64,000 nucleotides of DNA, taken from assembly GCA_040757555.1 (NCBI GenBank), contig JBFLWN010000002.1:19116-83115 (forward strand). Direction: 5' to 3'. Shown piece by piece: positions 10,730-21,346 of the stretch. Source of the DNA: Patescibacteria group bacterium (GTDB lineage: Bacteria > Patescibacteriota > Minisyncoccia > UBA6257 > GWB1-50-10). How positions within the stretch are numbered: position 1 is the stretch's first letter; every line of letters starts with the position of its first letter. The notes beneath the pieces were generated by a model, which made no database searches, had not been told where the DNA came from, and saw only the letters and a program-made list of their open reading frames with translations. The position numbers were made by a program, and so were the translations under genes.

Positions 10730-12430
10730 ATGAAAAAGGAAAAGAAAATATTTGTAGATAAAAAATATACACTCGAAAAAATATTGGACGAAATAAAAGA
10801 AACGAATGCCGATCGCATTATTTTAAACATTTCAAAAGACTCGATAGCGGATGAGGGAATAGAAATATTTCAGGATATACAAAAAGTGGGAGAAGAAGAG
10901 AAAAAAGAAATTATTATCGAATCCATTAACGACCACATTCTCGAAATTGCCTCACTTGCAAAATTAAAGGCAATAAATCCCGTATTTCGAATTCGTGAGC
11001 GCGCGGTATCGGATATACTGCCAAACAGAAAAAAGATCGTACAATTCCCAAAAATCGAACCAACCGTGGTTGATACCCCCGTCATTGAGGAACCTGCACC
11101 CAAAAAAAGAGGGAGAAAAAAAGTAGAGAAAGAGATCCCCATACAAATAAAAAAGAGAGAAGAGGAACCGGAAAAGGAAAAAATTGAAGAAGAAGTGCCC
11201 GAAGATATAAAAACAACAGAAGCATTTGTTTTTACTCCTCCCGTTAAGAAAAACAAAAGAATTTCACTCGGAAATAAATATATATTTATATGGGGAATTG
11301 CCATAGTCATAGTTTTTGTGAGTGTATGGTATGTTGCCCTTAGACTTCCTTCCGCAGAGATCAGCTTATTCTTAAAAAAAGTTGCAACCGACTTTAATGA
11401 AACGGTTGAGGTAACAACGGCGGCGACTCGCTATTCAATAGAAAATCAGGGAAAAATAATACTTCCAGGAGAACTTTTGCGAGCAACGCAAAACATGCAA
11501 ATGACGTTTAAGGCGAACGGAAAAGAAGCAGTGAAAGAACGGGCAAGGGGAATTCTCACTGTGCACAATTCATTTAGTTCAACTCCTCAGATTTTTATCG
11601 CAAAAACCCGTTTTGAATCTCCAAATGGAAAAATATTCAGAACAGAAAAACAAATAACAATCCCAGGATCACGTGTCCAAAACGGCAAGGTAATTCCTTC
11701 TTCTATTGATATAGAAGTGGTTGCCGATGAACCGGGTGAAGCATACAACATTCCTCCATCTTCTGGATGGAAGGTGCCTGGATTAAAGGGAACCCCAAAA
11801 TATAATGCATTCTACGGAGAAAATACAAAACCAATTTCCGGAGGGGCGGTGGGAGAACATTTATCAGCCACAGATGAAGATAAAAAAAATGCTGAAATTG
11901 CAATCACTGCAGCACTCAAAGACTCGCTCCAAGCTCAAATGGTTGTTCTTCTCTCAGATAAATTTAAGACGCCTGAAGAGGGAATGTTATTTCAAATTAC
12001 AAAAAAAGAATTTCAATATCCCAGTGGTGATCCTGAGAATTTTGTTCTCTACGCAGAAGGAGAAATGAAACAATTTGCATTCAATGAAGAAACATTAAAA
12101 GAGGCAATTTTGAAAAAAATAAGAAAAACAATTTCCGGGGATATTCTTATGAAAGCAGAAAATTTTAATATTTCATATTCGCTTCTTCAACCGATATTTG
12201 ACGACGAAAAATTAACGCTCTCCGTTTCAGGAAATACCACATTTGTTCCAGACATAAACACCGAAGAATTAAAAAACGAACTAAGGGGAAAAACAAGAAG
12301 TGAAATGCAACAAATTATTTATTCTATTCAAGGACTCGAAAACGCACAAACATCACTTGAACCAAAGTGGGCGTTCTGGCTCGGAAATGTTCCAAAAAAC
12401 GAGAGAAGAATTTTCATTACAACGGAATAA
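10730..12430 (+). CDS. hypothetical single-pass membrane protein (K/E-rich cytoplasmic N-domain, TM, large extracytoplasmic domain)
   Basis: TM helix IFIWGIAIVIVFVSVWYVAL; low-complexity lysine-rich N-terminus. Confidence 0.5.
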   Translation: MKKEKKIFVDKKYTLEKILDEIKETNADRIILNISKDSIADEGIEIFQDIQKVGEEEKKEIIIESINDHILEIASLAKLKAINPVFRIRERAVSDILPNRKKIVQFPKIEPTVVDTPVIEEPAPKKRGRKKVEKEIPIQIKKREEEPEKEKIEEEVPEDIKTTEAFVFTPPVKKNKRISLGNKYIFIWGIAIVIVFVSVWYVALRLPSAEISLFLKKVATDFNETVEVTTAATRYSIENQGKIILPGELLRATQNMQMTFKANGKEAVKERARGILTVHNSFSSTPQIFIAKTRFESPNGKIFRTEKQITIPGSRVQNGKVIPSSIDIEVVADEPGEAYNIPPSSGWKVPGLKGTPKYNAFYGENTKPISGGAVGEHLSATDEDKKNAEIAITAALKDSLQAQMVVLLSDKFKTPEEGMLFQITKKEFQYPSGDPENFVLYAEGEMKQFAFNEETLKEAILKKIRKTISGDILMKAENFNISYSLLQPIFDDEKLTLSVSGNTTFVPDINTEELKNELRGKTRSEMQQIIYSIQGLENAQTSLEPKWAFWLGNVPKNERRIFITTE

Positions 12431-12477
12431 TATATAATTTGTGGTTTCACTTCTCATAGAGTAAAATCAAAGAGTAT

Positions 12478-13698
12478 ATGATTGAACCCAAAATGGCAAA
12501 AAAGGTTATTGTTGCGTGCACCACCGCATTGTTTTTAATTGTGGTTTCATTTTCTTTGGGAATAACTGTGGGAAAAAACGATGGCAGGTTTTCAGCATCT
12601 GCCGCGACTCCCGAAAATTCAGTGTTAAATGCAGATCTTTCTGTTTTGTGGGAAACAGTAGGACTTATAAAAGAAAAATACTTTGACGCAAAAAATATAA
12701 AAGACCAAGACCTTCTCTATGGAGCGATTGAAGGAGTGGTAAAATCACTTGATGATCCATATTCCGATTTTTTCAATCCAGGAGATGCAAAAAAATTCTA
12801 TGAGGATTTGAATGGAAGTTTTGGTGGTATTGGTGCAGAAATTGGAATGAAAGAAAAAGAAATAGTCATTATCGCCCCTCTCAAGAACAATCCCGCAGAA
12901 GCTGCAGGACTTAAAGCGGGGGATAAAATAATAAAAATAGACGATAAGGTAACTACAAATATGTCTGTTGAGGATTCGGTGAAAATCATCCGTGGCGAAC
13001 CGGGAACCGAAGTGCGTCTCATGATATTTCGAGAAGGATGGAAGGAAACGAAGGAATTTAAGATTACAAGAAAAGTTGTAGTGGTGCCCACACTTGATTG
13101 GGAAATGAAACCCGATGGAATCGCATATTTCAGACTTTATAACTTCAACGCAAACGTTCCCTCACTTTTCTTTGATTCGGCATTAAAGAGTCTTGTTTCG
13201 GGAACAACGGGAATTGTGCTTGATCTTCGGAATAACCCCGGAGGATTTCTCGATGTCGCAACAAACCTTTCCGGGTGGTTCCTTCCACGGGGAGAAATAG
13301 CGGTAAAAGAAAGGTTCTATTCCTCGGAAGAAAAAAATTTCTATGCGAACGGAAATCAATCATTGGCGAATATTCCGGTAGTGGTATTGGTAAATGAAGG
13401 ATCGGCATCAGCATCAGAGATTCTTGCTGGAGCCCTAAGAGATCAACGGGGAGCAAAACTCGTGGGGGAAAAAACATATGGAAAGGGAACAGTACAGGAA
13501 GTTGATACCCTAAAAGACGGATCGTCAATAAAAATTTCGATTGCCGAATGGCTTACTCCGAATGGACATTCAATAAATAAAAGGGGACTTACTCCGGACG
13601 TTGAGGTAAAAATTACTGAAGATGATATAAAAAATAAAAAAGACCCACAACTCGAAAAAGCAATAGAACTATTGAAAGAGGTGATGATAAAAAAATAA
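12478..13698 (+). CDS. ctpA: C-terminal processing peptidase (S41, Ctp)
   Basis: PDZ domain [12 protein letters not shown]; S41 core [29 protein letters not shown]. Confidence 0.85.
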   Translation: MIEPKMAKKVIVACTTALFLIVVSFSLGITVGKNDGRFSASAATPENSVLNADLSVLWETVGLIKEKYFDAKNIKDQDLLYGAIEGVVKSLDDPYSDFFNPGDAKKFYEDLNGSFGGIGAEIGMKEKEIVIIAPLKNNPAEAAGLKAGDKIIKIDDKVTTNMSVEDSVKIIRGEPGTEVRLMIFREGWKETKEFKITRKVVVVPTLDWEMKPDGIAYFRLYNFNANVPSLFFDSALKSLVSGTTGIVLDLRNNPGGFLDVATNLSGWFLPRGEIAVKERFYSSEEKNFYANGNQSLANIPVVVLVNEGSASASEILAGALRDQRGAKLVGEKTYGKGTVQEVDTLKDGSSIKISIAEWLTPNGHSINKRGLTPDVEVKITEDDIKNKKDPQLEKAIELLKEVMIKK

Positions 13699-13700
13699 TT

Positions 13701-14141
13701 ATGAAGGTTATTTTTCTAAAAGACGTAAGGGGAGTTGGGAAAAAATCGGAAGTAAAAGAAGTAAATGACGGATACGCAAGAAACTTTCTCATCCCCCGTG
13801 GATTTGCAAAAATGGCGATTGAACGGGAGGTGGAAAAACTCAAACGAGAAACAGAAGAGCAAAAAGTGAAACACGAAAAATTGGTGCAAAAATTTGTCGC
13901 ACTCGGAGACGAATTGAAAAAACAGCCGATGATTTTTACATTGAAAACGGGAGAAAAAGGAGAAGTATTTGGATCGGTAAGCGCAAAAGACATTGAAGGG
14001 AAGTTACAAGAAAAGGGGATAGCGCATTCAAAAATAATTATTGAAAAACCAATAAAAAAAACCGGCCCTCACGAGGTGGAGGCCGATTTTGGAAGTGGTA
14101 TCAAAATAAAACTTTTAATCGAAGTGAAGTCTGAAAGTTAA
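13701..14141 (+). CDS. rplI: 50S ribosomal protein L9
   Basis: [32 protein letters not shown]. Confidence 0.9.
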   Translation: MKVIFLKDVRGVGKKSEVKEVNDGYARNFLIPRGFAKMAIEREVEKLKRETEEQKVKHEKLVQKFVALGDELKKQPMIFTLKTGEKGEVFGSVSAKDIEGKLQEKGIAHSKIIIEKPIKKTGPHEVEADFGSGIKIKLLIEVKSES

Positions 14142-14148
14142 GTAAATA

Positions 14149-14430
14149 TTACTTTACAGGAACGACATTTACGAATTTCACTGTTCTTACTTTTCCGTCG
14201 TATCGAGTTTTTCTTTTTGTGGTAAATTTTACTACTCCTCCTTTCAATGCATAGAGAGTGTCATCGGCACCCTGTTTTACATGCTCACCAATATGATATT
14301 TGGTGCCTCGCTGACGAATAATAATCTCTCCCGGCTTCACCGATTGTCCATCCGCAATTTTAACACCAAGACGCTTCGATTCCGATTCGCGTCCTAATTT
14401 AGTAGATCCTTTAGCTTTGGTATGTGCCAT
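14149..14430 (-). CDS. rpmA: 50S ribosomal protein L27
   Basis: [24 protein letters not shown].. Confidence 0.9.
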   Translation of the reverse strand: MAHTKAKGSTKLGRESESKRLGVKIADGQSVKPGEIIIRQRGTKYHIGEHVKQGADDTLYALKGGVVKFTTKRKTRYDGKVRTVKFVNVVPVK

Positions 14431-14792
14431 ATATTAAATAAATCCTAAATTCCAAACCCTAAATTCTAATGACAAATAGACAGGGCCTGTTTTTGTTTTT
14501 CGTGTATAATAATAGGAAAATACAGGGAAAATGTCAATTATCTATGTTTGAACGACAAAGGGGGTACATCACACAAAACAAAGATTATATCCTGTTTTTT
14601 ATCGGTTTTTTCATTCTCCTCATTACCGCATTTGGTATTGGCTTTTTATTGGGAAATCAAAACAATCCGGCACCCATCATTATAGAAAAATGTAGTGAAC
14701 AATAGGGGACCACTATTTCTTTGACAAAACAATATGGGAGTAGCACACTAAAACAAGTTCCTAAATTCCTAAAACAATATAGAGGAGCAGAG

Positions 14793-15200
14793 ATGAAAAT
14801 ACTCATTTGTGATCTAAAAGAACAAATCAAAGGCGACGCCGAATACCTCGAAAAATTCATGAAAAATAATGTTGAAATAGTGGAGGACTACGACGAAGCA
14901 GTACAAAAAATGAAAGAAACAAATTATGACCTTCTAATCCTTGAGCCATGTATTATTCCGCCAATGGTTTTACATGGAGATTATGAAGCACGTCTCAATC
15001 GTGGTCTCATTTTCATAAGTAAAATAAAGGACACGGCAAATCCAGATATTCCTGTTATCGCTCTGACTGCGATACACCCAAGTCGTTTCAAAAAAATAAA
15101 AGCGATCAATCCCAAAATAGAAATAATTGAAAAACCGGGAGATCTTGAAAATCTTGGCTCCGCTGTCACAAAGTATGCGAAAGTAGAAAATAAAGAATGA
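14793..15200 (+). CDS. stand-alone CheY-like receiver-domain protein with Glu in place of the phospho-acceptor Asp (pseudo-receiver)
   Basis: KILICDL..YDLLILEP..PVIALTA..KP; GAGGAG RBS before the ATG at 14793. Confidence 0.55.
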   Translation: MKILICDLKEQIKGDAEYLEKFMKNNVEIVEDYDEAVQKMKETNYDLLILEPCIIPPMVLHGDYEARLNRGLIFISKIKDTANPDIPVIALTAIHPSRFKKIKAINPKIEIIEKPGDLENLGSAVTKYAKVENKE

Positions 15201-15234
15201 AATCAAAAAAGAAAAACGGCATTTATGCCGTTTT

Positions 15235-15987
15235 TTATAAATACCCAACTTGCTTCAAAATTTCCTCATTTTCCCATTCCCAAAGTTTTTTTGCCCCGAG
15301 AAATGCCTGATAATCCGCTTTCCATTCGGGAAATTCTTTGAGTTCTATAATCCCTTCCATTTCACCCCATTCATGTTTGCACTTCCACATCTCCCTGTTT
15401 CCGAATTGTGTTTTTACATTTAACCGCCCGCCTTTCTTCCTTAGTAAGGCTCCACACTTCACACATTTCTGCACCTGATCGATACGAAGAATCCATCGTG
15501 TCTCAAGAGTAGGAATATCATTTTTCAATGCAGCAACATATGCGGATGTTTGTAAGTTATAATCACGGTAAATTTCCTGTGATGTTTTTATATCCAGTAC
15601 GCCGGTCTTTCCTCCAATCGTCGCAATCGCATCGAGTGTTCCCGCATATCGCTCATCTCGATTTACCAAACGCAATTCCACAAACTCCGAACTCACTTTT
15701 ATGTTATTTTCTTCTTCAAAACGCAAAAAAGCGCTCACCGAGGGGTAAATAGACGGATCAACTTCAGGCGACTTTCCCATGAGAAAAGCTTCCACGGTTT
15801 CATGCACCAATGTTCCTTCTTTTGCCGAAAGCTCTTTCATGCGTTCAGCTGCATCAAAACTGTCCATTTTTGCATAAAAACGATAGAGTGCCGGCTTCGC
15901 TTTTATCTCAACTATTTTGGTCACCCTTGGGTACCAAATACCATCAACGGAATATCCATGAGACTCTTTATATTCATCGATTGTCAT
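15235..15987 (-). CDS. PD-(D/E)XK family nuclease (RecB/Cas4-like) with a zinc-ribbon insert
   Basis: GTLDAI..LDIKTSQ and QTSAY motifs; CVKCG..C..H cluster. Confidence 0.6.
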   Translation of the reverse strand: MTIDEYKESHGYSVDGIWYPRVTKIVEIKAKPALYRFYAKMDSFDAAERMKELSAKEGTLVHETVEAFLMGKSPEVDPSIYPSVSAFLRFEEENNIKVSSEFVELRLVNRDERYAGTLDAIATIGGKTGVLDIKTSQEIYRDYNLQTSAYVAALKNDIPTLETRWILRIDQVQKCVKCGALLRKKGGRLNVKTQFGNREMWKCKHEWGEMEGIIELKEFPEWKADYQAFLGAKKLWEWENEEILKQVGYL

Positions 15988-15990
15988 ATA

Positions 15991-17382
15991 TTAGTTTTTC
16001 AATAGCTTTTTCGTTTCTTCATTTATCGTTCCCGCACCCATCATAATCACTACTGCATCGGAATTTATTTCTTTCAATCTTTTGGTGAGTTCTTGTTTTA
16101 AGTCTTCTTTGTTCTCAATATAGAAAACATTTTTTGTTCTCTTTTGAATTATTTTTGAAAGATTTTCCGATGTGTATTTTTTTTCATTTTCATCCCGTCC
16201 TGCAACTTTATAGATGGGGAGGAGGAAGAGGTGATCGGCCGAATCAAATGCATGAGTAAATTCTTTAAATAGTAATTTCAGTCTTTTTGTTTGATGTGGT
16301 TCAAATACACACACAATGTTCTTGTTTTTGAAAAATTTCTTTGCACCGGAAAGTGTCGCTTTGATTTCTGTTGGGTGATGTCCATAATCATCATAGACAA
16401 CAATTTTGAATTTCGAGTTTTGAATTTTGAATTGTCCTTTGTACTCCATTCGCCGCCATACTCCATGATATTTTTTAAATGCCCCAAGTATATCTTTTTC
16501 TTTTGCTCCAACATACTTTGCAACATAATATGCGGCAAGTGCATTTGAAATCATATGAATTCCCGAAATATGCTTCATCGCATTTTGTATTTTTTTTGAT
16601 TCTCTATCTTTTAATGAATACCAACAAACTTCAATTTGTTTTTTCTTGCATATTAACTCAATTTGTTTTTTTAAGAGAAATAGATTCTTATCATCTTTAT
16701 TCACCACAAGCATTCCATACGATTGTATTTTCCCAATAAAAGAAAGAAATGTTTTTTTTATGTTTGAAAAATTCTTGTACCAGTCCAAATGTTCTTTATC
16801 AATGTTCGTAATTATTGCAATAGTAGGGGAGTAGTTCAAAAAAGAACTATGAAATTCGTCTGCCTCAAGAACAAGTAAATCACCCCTTCCTTTGCGAAAA
16901 TTTCTGTCGCCAAATTCTTTTAATTTTGTTCCGACAATTATTGTCGGATCATATTTTCCTTCTGTAAGTGCAAGTGAAAGCAATGAAGTAGTAGTGCTTT
17001 TTCCATGCGCTCCGGAAACAGTACATGTTTCATAATGGCGGGTGATTACCCCCACGGCTTCGGCATACGAGAGGACCGGAACCCCCAATTTTTTTGCCGA
17101 AACCAATTCTGGATTAGTGGGGGAAATTGCATGATTGTAGATAAAAAGCCCCATTTTAGGCCCTAGAATGCCCTTTTTTTGGCCTATTTTGACCCCTATA
17201 CGGTCTTTTCTTAATCCTTGTATAATTTCACCCTCAGCTATGTCAGAGCCAAAAACTGACCATTTTTCAGACTTGAACCAACGCGCAAGAGCACTCATCC
17301 CAATGCCCCCAATACCGATAAAATAAACCCTCTTTGGGGTTATATTTTCAAATGGTTTTATACTTGTATTCTTATCTCTCAT
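15991..17382 (-). CDS. murC: UDP-N-acetylmuramate--L-alanine ligase
   Basis: VYFIGIGGIGMSALA; GAHGKSTTTS; Mur ligase C-terminal domain. Confidence 0.9.
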   Translation of the reverse strand: MRDKNTSIKPFENITPKRVYFIGIGGIGMSALARWFKSEKWSVFGSDIAEGEIIQGLRKDRIGVKIGQKKGILGPKMGLFIYNHAISPTNPELVSAKKLGVPVLSYAEAVGVITRHYETCTVSGAHGKSTTTSLLSLALTEGKYDPTIIVGTKLKEFGDRNFRKGRGDLLVLEADEFHSSFLNYSPTIAIITNIDKEHLDWYKNFSNIKKTFLSFIGKIQSYGMLVVNKDDKNLFLLKKQIELICKKKQIEVCWYSLKDRESKKIQNAMKHISGIHMISNALAAYYVAKYVGAKEKDILGAFKKYHGVWRRMEYKGQFKIQNSKFKIVVYDDYGHHPTEIKATLSGAKKFFKNKNIVCVFEPHQTKRLKLLFKEFTHAFDSADHLFLLPIYKVAGRDENEKKYTSENLSKIIQKRTKNVFYIENKEDLKQELTKRLKEINSDAVVIMMGAGTINEETKKLLKN

Positions 17383-17421
17383 TACCTATATTATAAGCAG
17401 AAATTCACAACTGAAAAGGAG

Positions 17422-17754
17422 ATGGATATGAAAAACGGGAAAAAACTGACACAGTACAACATAACTTATACGGGAACTTTAAAAAAGATTAAGAATACCA
17501 AACCACAAAAGTTCTCAATAAGATGGGGAGAGGGATATGAACATATTATTGATGAAAATGGAGAAATCATCAAAAAAATGAGATTGGGAAACGTCCCGAT
17601 TCTATTAGAAGATATTTCAATATTAGACCAGAAAATGTTCGAATCATTACCAAATGGAACAACGGTAAAATATTATGAATCCGGAAAACGAATAATGATT
17701 GGTAAAAAAGTTATTGAACTGGAAAAATCTGTTCATGTAAAAGTGACTGAATAA
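17422..17754 (+). CDS. hypothetical protein
   Basis: ORF with GGAG RBS. Confidence 0.45.
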   Translation: MDMKNGKKLTQYNITYTGTLKKIKNTKPQKFSIRWGEGYEHIIDENGEIIKKMRLGNVPILLEDISILDQKMFESLPNGTTVKYYESGKRIMIGKKVIELEKSVHVKVTE

Positions 17755-17777
17755 TCAATAAAAAAGACGAGGTATAT

Positions 17778-18341
17778 ATGTCAGCAATTATCAAAGAAAC
17801 TGTGGAAATAAATTCTGGAAAAAAGACGACATATGTAAACCCAAAAGTGAGTAATGCTCTCGCGTTCGGTAATTTATGTATACGGCGGGTATTTCCGACG
17901 GCGAATGCAGACGATTCATATATCGAGAAATGTGTATTTTTTGAAAATGCAGAAAAACACATTGCAGCGGTAACAGAAGAACTAAAACATCCGGAAATTG
18001 TGGAGCGACAGATACGCGCCGATGCACAACATCATGCCGAACGATCATTTGTTGATACACAGGGAAAAGTCGGCCTCAAAAGCGCCAAACATGACATTTG
18101 TCCCATTGCTTTGTTTCACCTCATGGTACGGAGAAATATGGGAACAACCTGTGGCGTCTCATCATGTCCATATGGAGGATTAAAACGAACCGACGAGAGA
18201 GCCGAAAAAAGTGCAAAAAAGTTGGCAAAAGACATTGGAGAGGTGATAAAGTCATCGGGATTGAAAAAGAAATATAATTCACCGCATGACTTTCTTGATG
18301 AAACAGTTTTCATTGCAGAAAGTGATAAACCCAGTAGATAA
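17778..18341 (+). CDS. hypothetical protein
   Basis: ORF with GAGG RBS; no recognised motif. Confidence 0.45.
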   Translation: MSAIIKETVEINSGKKTTYVNPKVSNALAFGNLCIRRVFPTANADDSYIEKCVFFENAEKHIAAVTEELKHPEIVERQIRADAQHHAERSFVDTQGKVGLKSAKHDICPIALFHLMVRRNMGTTCGVSSCPYGGLKRTDERAEKSAKKLAKDIGEVIKSSGLKKKYNSPHDFLDETVFIAESDKPSR

Positions 18342-18351
18342 CATATGACAC

Positions 18352-18390
18352 AAAGACCGGTAGAGGAGTACTCCTGCACCGGTCTTTTTC
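18352..18390. terminator. hairpin terminator (aagaccggt..accggtcttttt)
   Basis: Inverted repeat plus T-run. Confidence 0.5.
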
Positions 18391-18443
18391 TCTATTGTAC
18401 CTGTCGCACAATATACCTTTTGCGACAGTACTATTGCTCTCAA

Positions 18444-18839
18444 TTATACAGGCAGATATGAGAGGCCTACCTTTAAGAGTTTTACCACCAACTCAAATCC
18501 CCAAACTATAAAGTTTCCGATAACTCGCAATATCTCGGAAAAACTGACTCCAAGATTCTCCATAAGCCAAGAATTTATTTTATTCCACCATTCCCCAATT
18601 TGTGATTCACTAATCACTCTTTGTCCGATAAGTTTCTCCCCTCCTTGGATATTATCAGGTAATTTTATAACACTATTGTCAAGCTTTATCTTATCTAAAG
18701 AATTCATAAAATCCGTAATCGGGCTGGGAAGGCTTATCGAAGGTGAAGATCCCACCGTGTCTACAGGCACAGATGACTGTGCAAACACCGTGAGTGGAGA
18801 GAGTATAACAATAAAGAAATAAATGAGAGATTTTTTCAT
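18444..18839 (-). CDS. hypothetical secreted protein (signal peptide)
   Basis: N-terminal MKKSLIYFFIVILSPLTVFAQS. Confidence 0.45.
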   Translation of the reverse strand: MKKSLIYFFIVILSPLTVFAQSSVPVDTVGSSPSISLPSPITDFMNSLDKIKLDNSVIKLPDNIQGGEKLIGQRVISESQIGEWWNKINSWLMENLGVSFSEILRVIGNFIVWGFELVVKLLKVGLSYLPV

Positions 18840-19070
18840 TTCTTTATTATAACAAAAAACCGGCTCTTTGTATGCCGGTTTTTATATATATTATCCGAAT
18901 AAAAGGTTGAGTGCGGCAGATATAACAAGTCCTGAAACAACCATATCAAAAACGATATTTCTTATACGTTTTCGCTTTTCGTACATGAGTTGTTCACCGC
19001 GATCTTCAAAATACAATACCATACTGCCTCCGTAATTGGTTAAAATACTGAATAATAAAATACCAGAAAC

Positions 19071-20387
19071 CTAAAGAAGTTTCAATTCTTCTTTTACCAC
19101 CACACGATCATCCCATGGGATCTGCCCTTCTTTTACCTCCATACTTTGCTCAGCTCCTTTTCCCGCAATCAGGACCGCATCTCCCGATGTTGCGAGTGAA
19201 AGTGCTTTTTTTATTCCCTCCCGGCGATCATTTATCACAAATAGATCTTTTCCCCGAATTTTCCCCGCATCCTCGCTTCCACGTGCAACTTCTTCCATTA
19301 TTTGAACAGGATCGTCTTGATAGGGATCTTCGTTGGTAATCACCACATAATCAGCCATCTGTGCCGCTATCTGACCCATAATAGGGCGTTTCTTTTTGTC
19401 TCTTCCTCCGCCTTGGCCACCAAGAAGAACAATAACATTCCCCTCCTTTTCTTTTTTTAAATTTTTTATCGACAAAAGCGCCGCTTCAATACTTACCGCG
19501 TCATGGGCATAATCAACAAACACAGAAAATTTTTGTCCTTCATCAATTTTTTCCATACGTCCCGGAACAAGACGAATATTTTGCAATCCATTTTGTATTG
19601 CTTCGTTTGACACCCCATATGCAGAAACTGTTGCAATTGCCGCAAGTGCGTTCCCTACATTAAAATCACCCAAAATACCAAGTGTGTATACCACACCCGA
19701 AATCGAAAAAGAAACTTGAGAAGAAGAAATATTTATTTTTTCGGGGACAATATCTGCGCCTCCGTGTATCGCATAAGTAACTTTTATATCTGATTTATGT
19801 TTTAGAAACCGTTCCTTTTCCTCAATTTCATTATTTACTACAATTACTTTTGAAATATTTTTTTCTCCTATTTTTTTTCTTGGTTGTAAATGAAGTATTT
19901 CAAATATTTTTTCATCCATATCTTTACATCGCTCAAAACTCCAATTATGCACCGCAAGATATTCAGGATATAACGTGGTCATTACTGCGGCATCATATGC
20001 GATTCCCTTATGTCTCCATTGTTCGACACCTTCTGATGGTGTTTCAACCACAACGCATCTACACCCCTTATCGTACATTTCCTTCAAAAGCCTCTGTAAT
20101 GTAAACCTTCCCGGCATAGTCATGTGATAAGGATTCATTCGTTCCTCATCTCCGATGCGAATATTTGCGGTCCCGGTAAGTCCTGTTTTATATCCTGCCG
20201 CCGTAAAACACGACCAAATAAGGTTTGCGACAGTGGTTTTTCCGCGCGTACCGAGTACACCGATCACAATCATTTTTTTTGATGGAAAACCATAAAAACA
20301 GGCTCCGACATAGGCAAGAATAAGATGATACCAACTAATCAAAAACTTAGGGGTAATTTTTCTTATTAATTTCTTTATCATATTCAT
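19071..20387 (-). CDS. murE: Mur ligase, MurE-like, lacking the canonical N-terminal domain
   Basis: GTRGKTT P-loop; DYAHDAVSIEAAL; LLGGQGGGRDKKKRPIMG; AGKGAE. Confidence 0.6.
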   Translation of the reverse strand: MNMIKKLIRKITPKFLISWYHLILAYVGACFYGFPSKKMIVIGVLGTRGKTTVANLIWSCFTAAGYKTGLTGTANIRIGDEERMNPYHMTMPGRFTLQRLLKEMYDKGCRCVVVETPSEGVEQWRHKGIAYDAAVMTTLYPEYLAVHNWSFERCKDMDEKIFEILHLQPRKKIGEKNISKVIVVNNEIEEKERFLKHKSDIKVTYAIHGGADIVPEKINISSSQVSFSISGVVYTLGILGDFNVGNALAAIATVSAYGVSNEAIQNGLQNIRLVPGRMEKIDEGQKFSVFVDYAHDAVSIEAALLSIKNLKKEKEGNVIVLLGGQGGGRDKKKRPIMGQIAAQMADYVVITNEDPYQDDPVQIMEEVARGSEDAGKIRGKDLFVINDRREGIKKALSLATSGDAVLIAGKGAEQSMEVKEGQIPWDDRVVVKEELKLL

Positions 20388-21316
20388 ATTATTTTTTTTA
20401 AAAGGTTATACGAAATATATTTCGGCACATGTAATACATAATCCCACGTTCCCTCATATTGTATCTCACGTCCCCCAAAACTCTTTTTAAATGCGGTAAC
20501 TCCCGCCCATTCTTTTTTTGTATTACTAATTCCCCAAAAATCAAAGATTTTCATTTTGTATTCTTGTGCAGTCGTTATGGCGTTCCATAATAAAAATGTT
20601 GGTGCATTATAGCGCCCATATCCATATTCTGATGCGGCATAAAGATACGTCGCCCGTTCACCGAAAAATACAACGACAGCAATCGCAATAATCTTTTGTT
20701 CCACAATCGCACAAAACACTTCCGATCGACACTCCCCTTCCAATGAAAAAATTTCTTCGTAATATTTTTTTGGATATGCTTGTAGTTGATGCCGTATATT
20801 TGTTTCCTTAAATAAATCCCAAAATACATCAAAATATTTTTTCTTCTCGTCAAAAGTTTTTGCGCATAGTACTGTCACTCCTCTTTTTTCTGCAGCACGA
20901 ACCGAATATCGGGTATCATGTTCCATTTTTTTTAGTAAATCGTCCTTCGAAAGCGTGAGATCAAGGAGAAGTGTTTCTTCGGGTTGTACCGAGTTGACCT
21001 TTCTAAATCCAAACGTGAAAAGCATTTCAGTTAGTACATCAGATTTTCTTTCAAATGGATCAACACGAATAAAAAAAGAATTGTGAGAACGCGCCATTTT
21101 TTTTATTTCATCCAAAAAACTTTTTATATTTCTTTCATTCCATTCTCCGATAAATCCATGGGGAATATAGAGATATGATTGACCCAGAGGCAATGAATAT
21201 TTGATTACAAGAGAAGAAATTGAATCTGTGTGCAACCGAAAAACATCTCTTCCAAGATGCTTTTGTAATCTCTCCCACTCCTGTGATTGAAGAAATGAAA
21301 TATCCTTATGTAACAT
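20384..21316 (-). CDS. FemAB-family peptidoglycan interpeptide-bridge aminoacyltransferase
   Basis: FemAB-like layout; YLYAASEYGYGRYNAPTFLLWNAI. Confidence 0.7.
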   Translation of the reverse strand: MLHKDISFLQSQEWERLQKHLGRDVFRLHTDSISSLVIKYSLPLGQSYLYIPHGFIGEWNERNIKSFLDEIKKMARSHNSFFIRVDPFERKSDVLTEMLFTFGFRKVNSVQPEETLLLDLTLSKDDLLKKMEHDTRYSVRAAEKRGVTVLCAKTFDEKKKYFDVFWDLFKETNIRHQLQAYPKKYYEEIFSLEGECRSEVFCAIVEQKIIAIAVVVFFGERATYLYAASEYGYGRYNAPTFLLWNAITTAQEYKMKIFDFWGISNTKKEWAGVTAFKKSFGGREIQYEGTWDYVLHVPKYISYNLLKKII

Positions 21317-21346
21317 GTTTTTATTTTTTTAAAAATTCACTGTCCA

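Noticed and set aside
13613-13993. 126-aa minus-strand ORF
   Set aside because: Fully overlaps the well-supported ctpA end and rplI on the opposite strand, and its low-complexity composition is typical of antisense frames.
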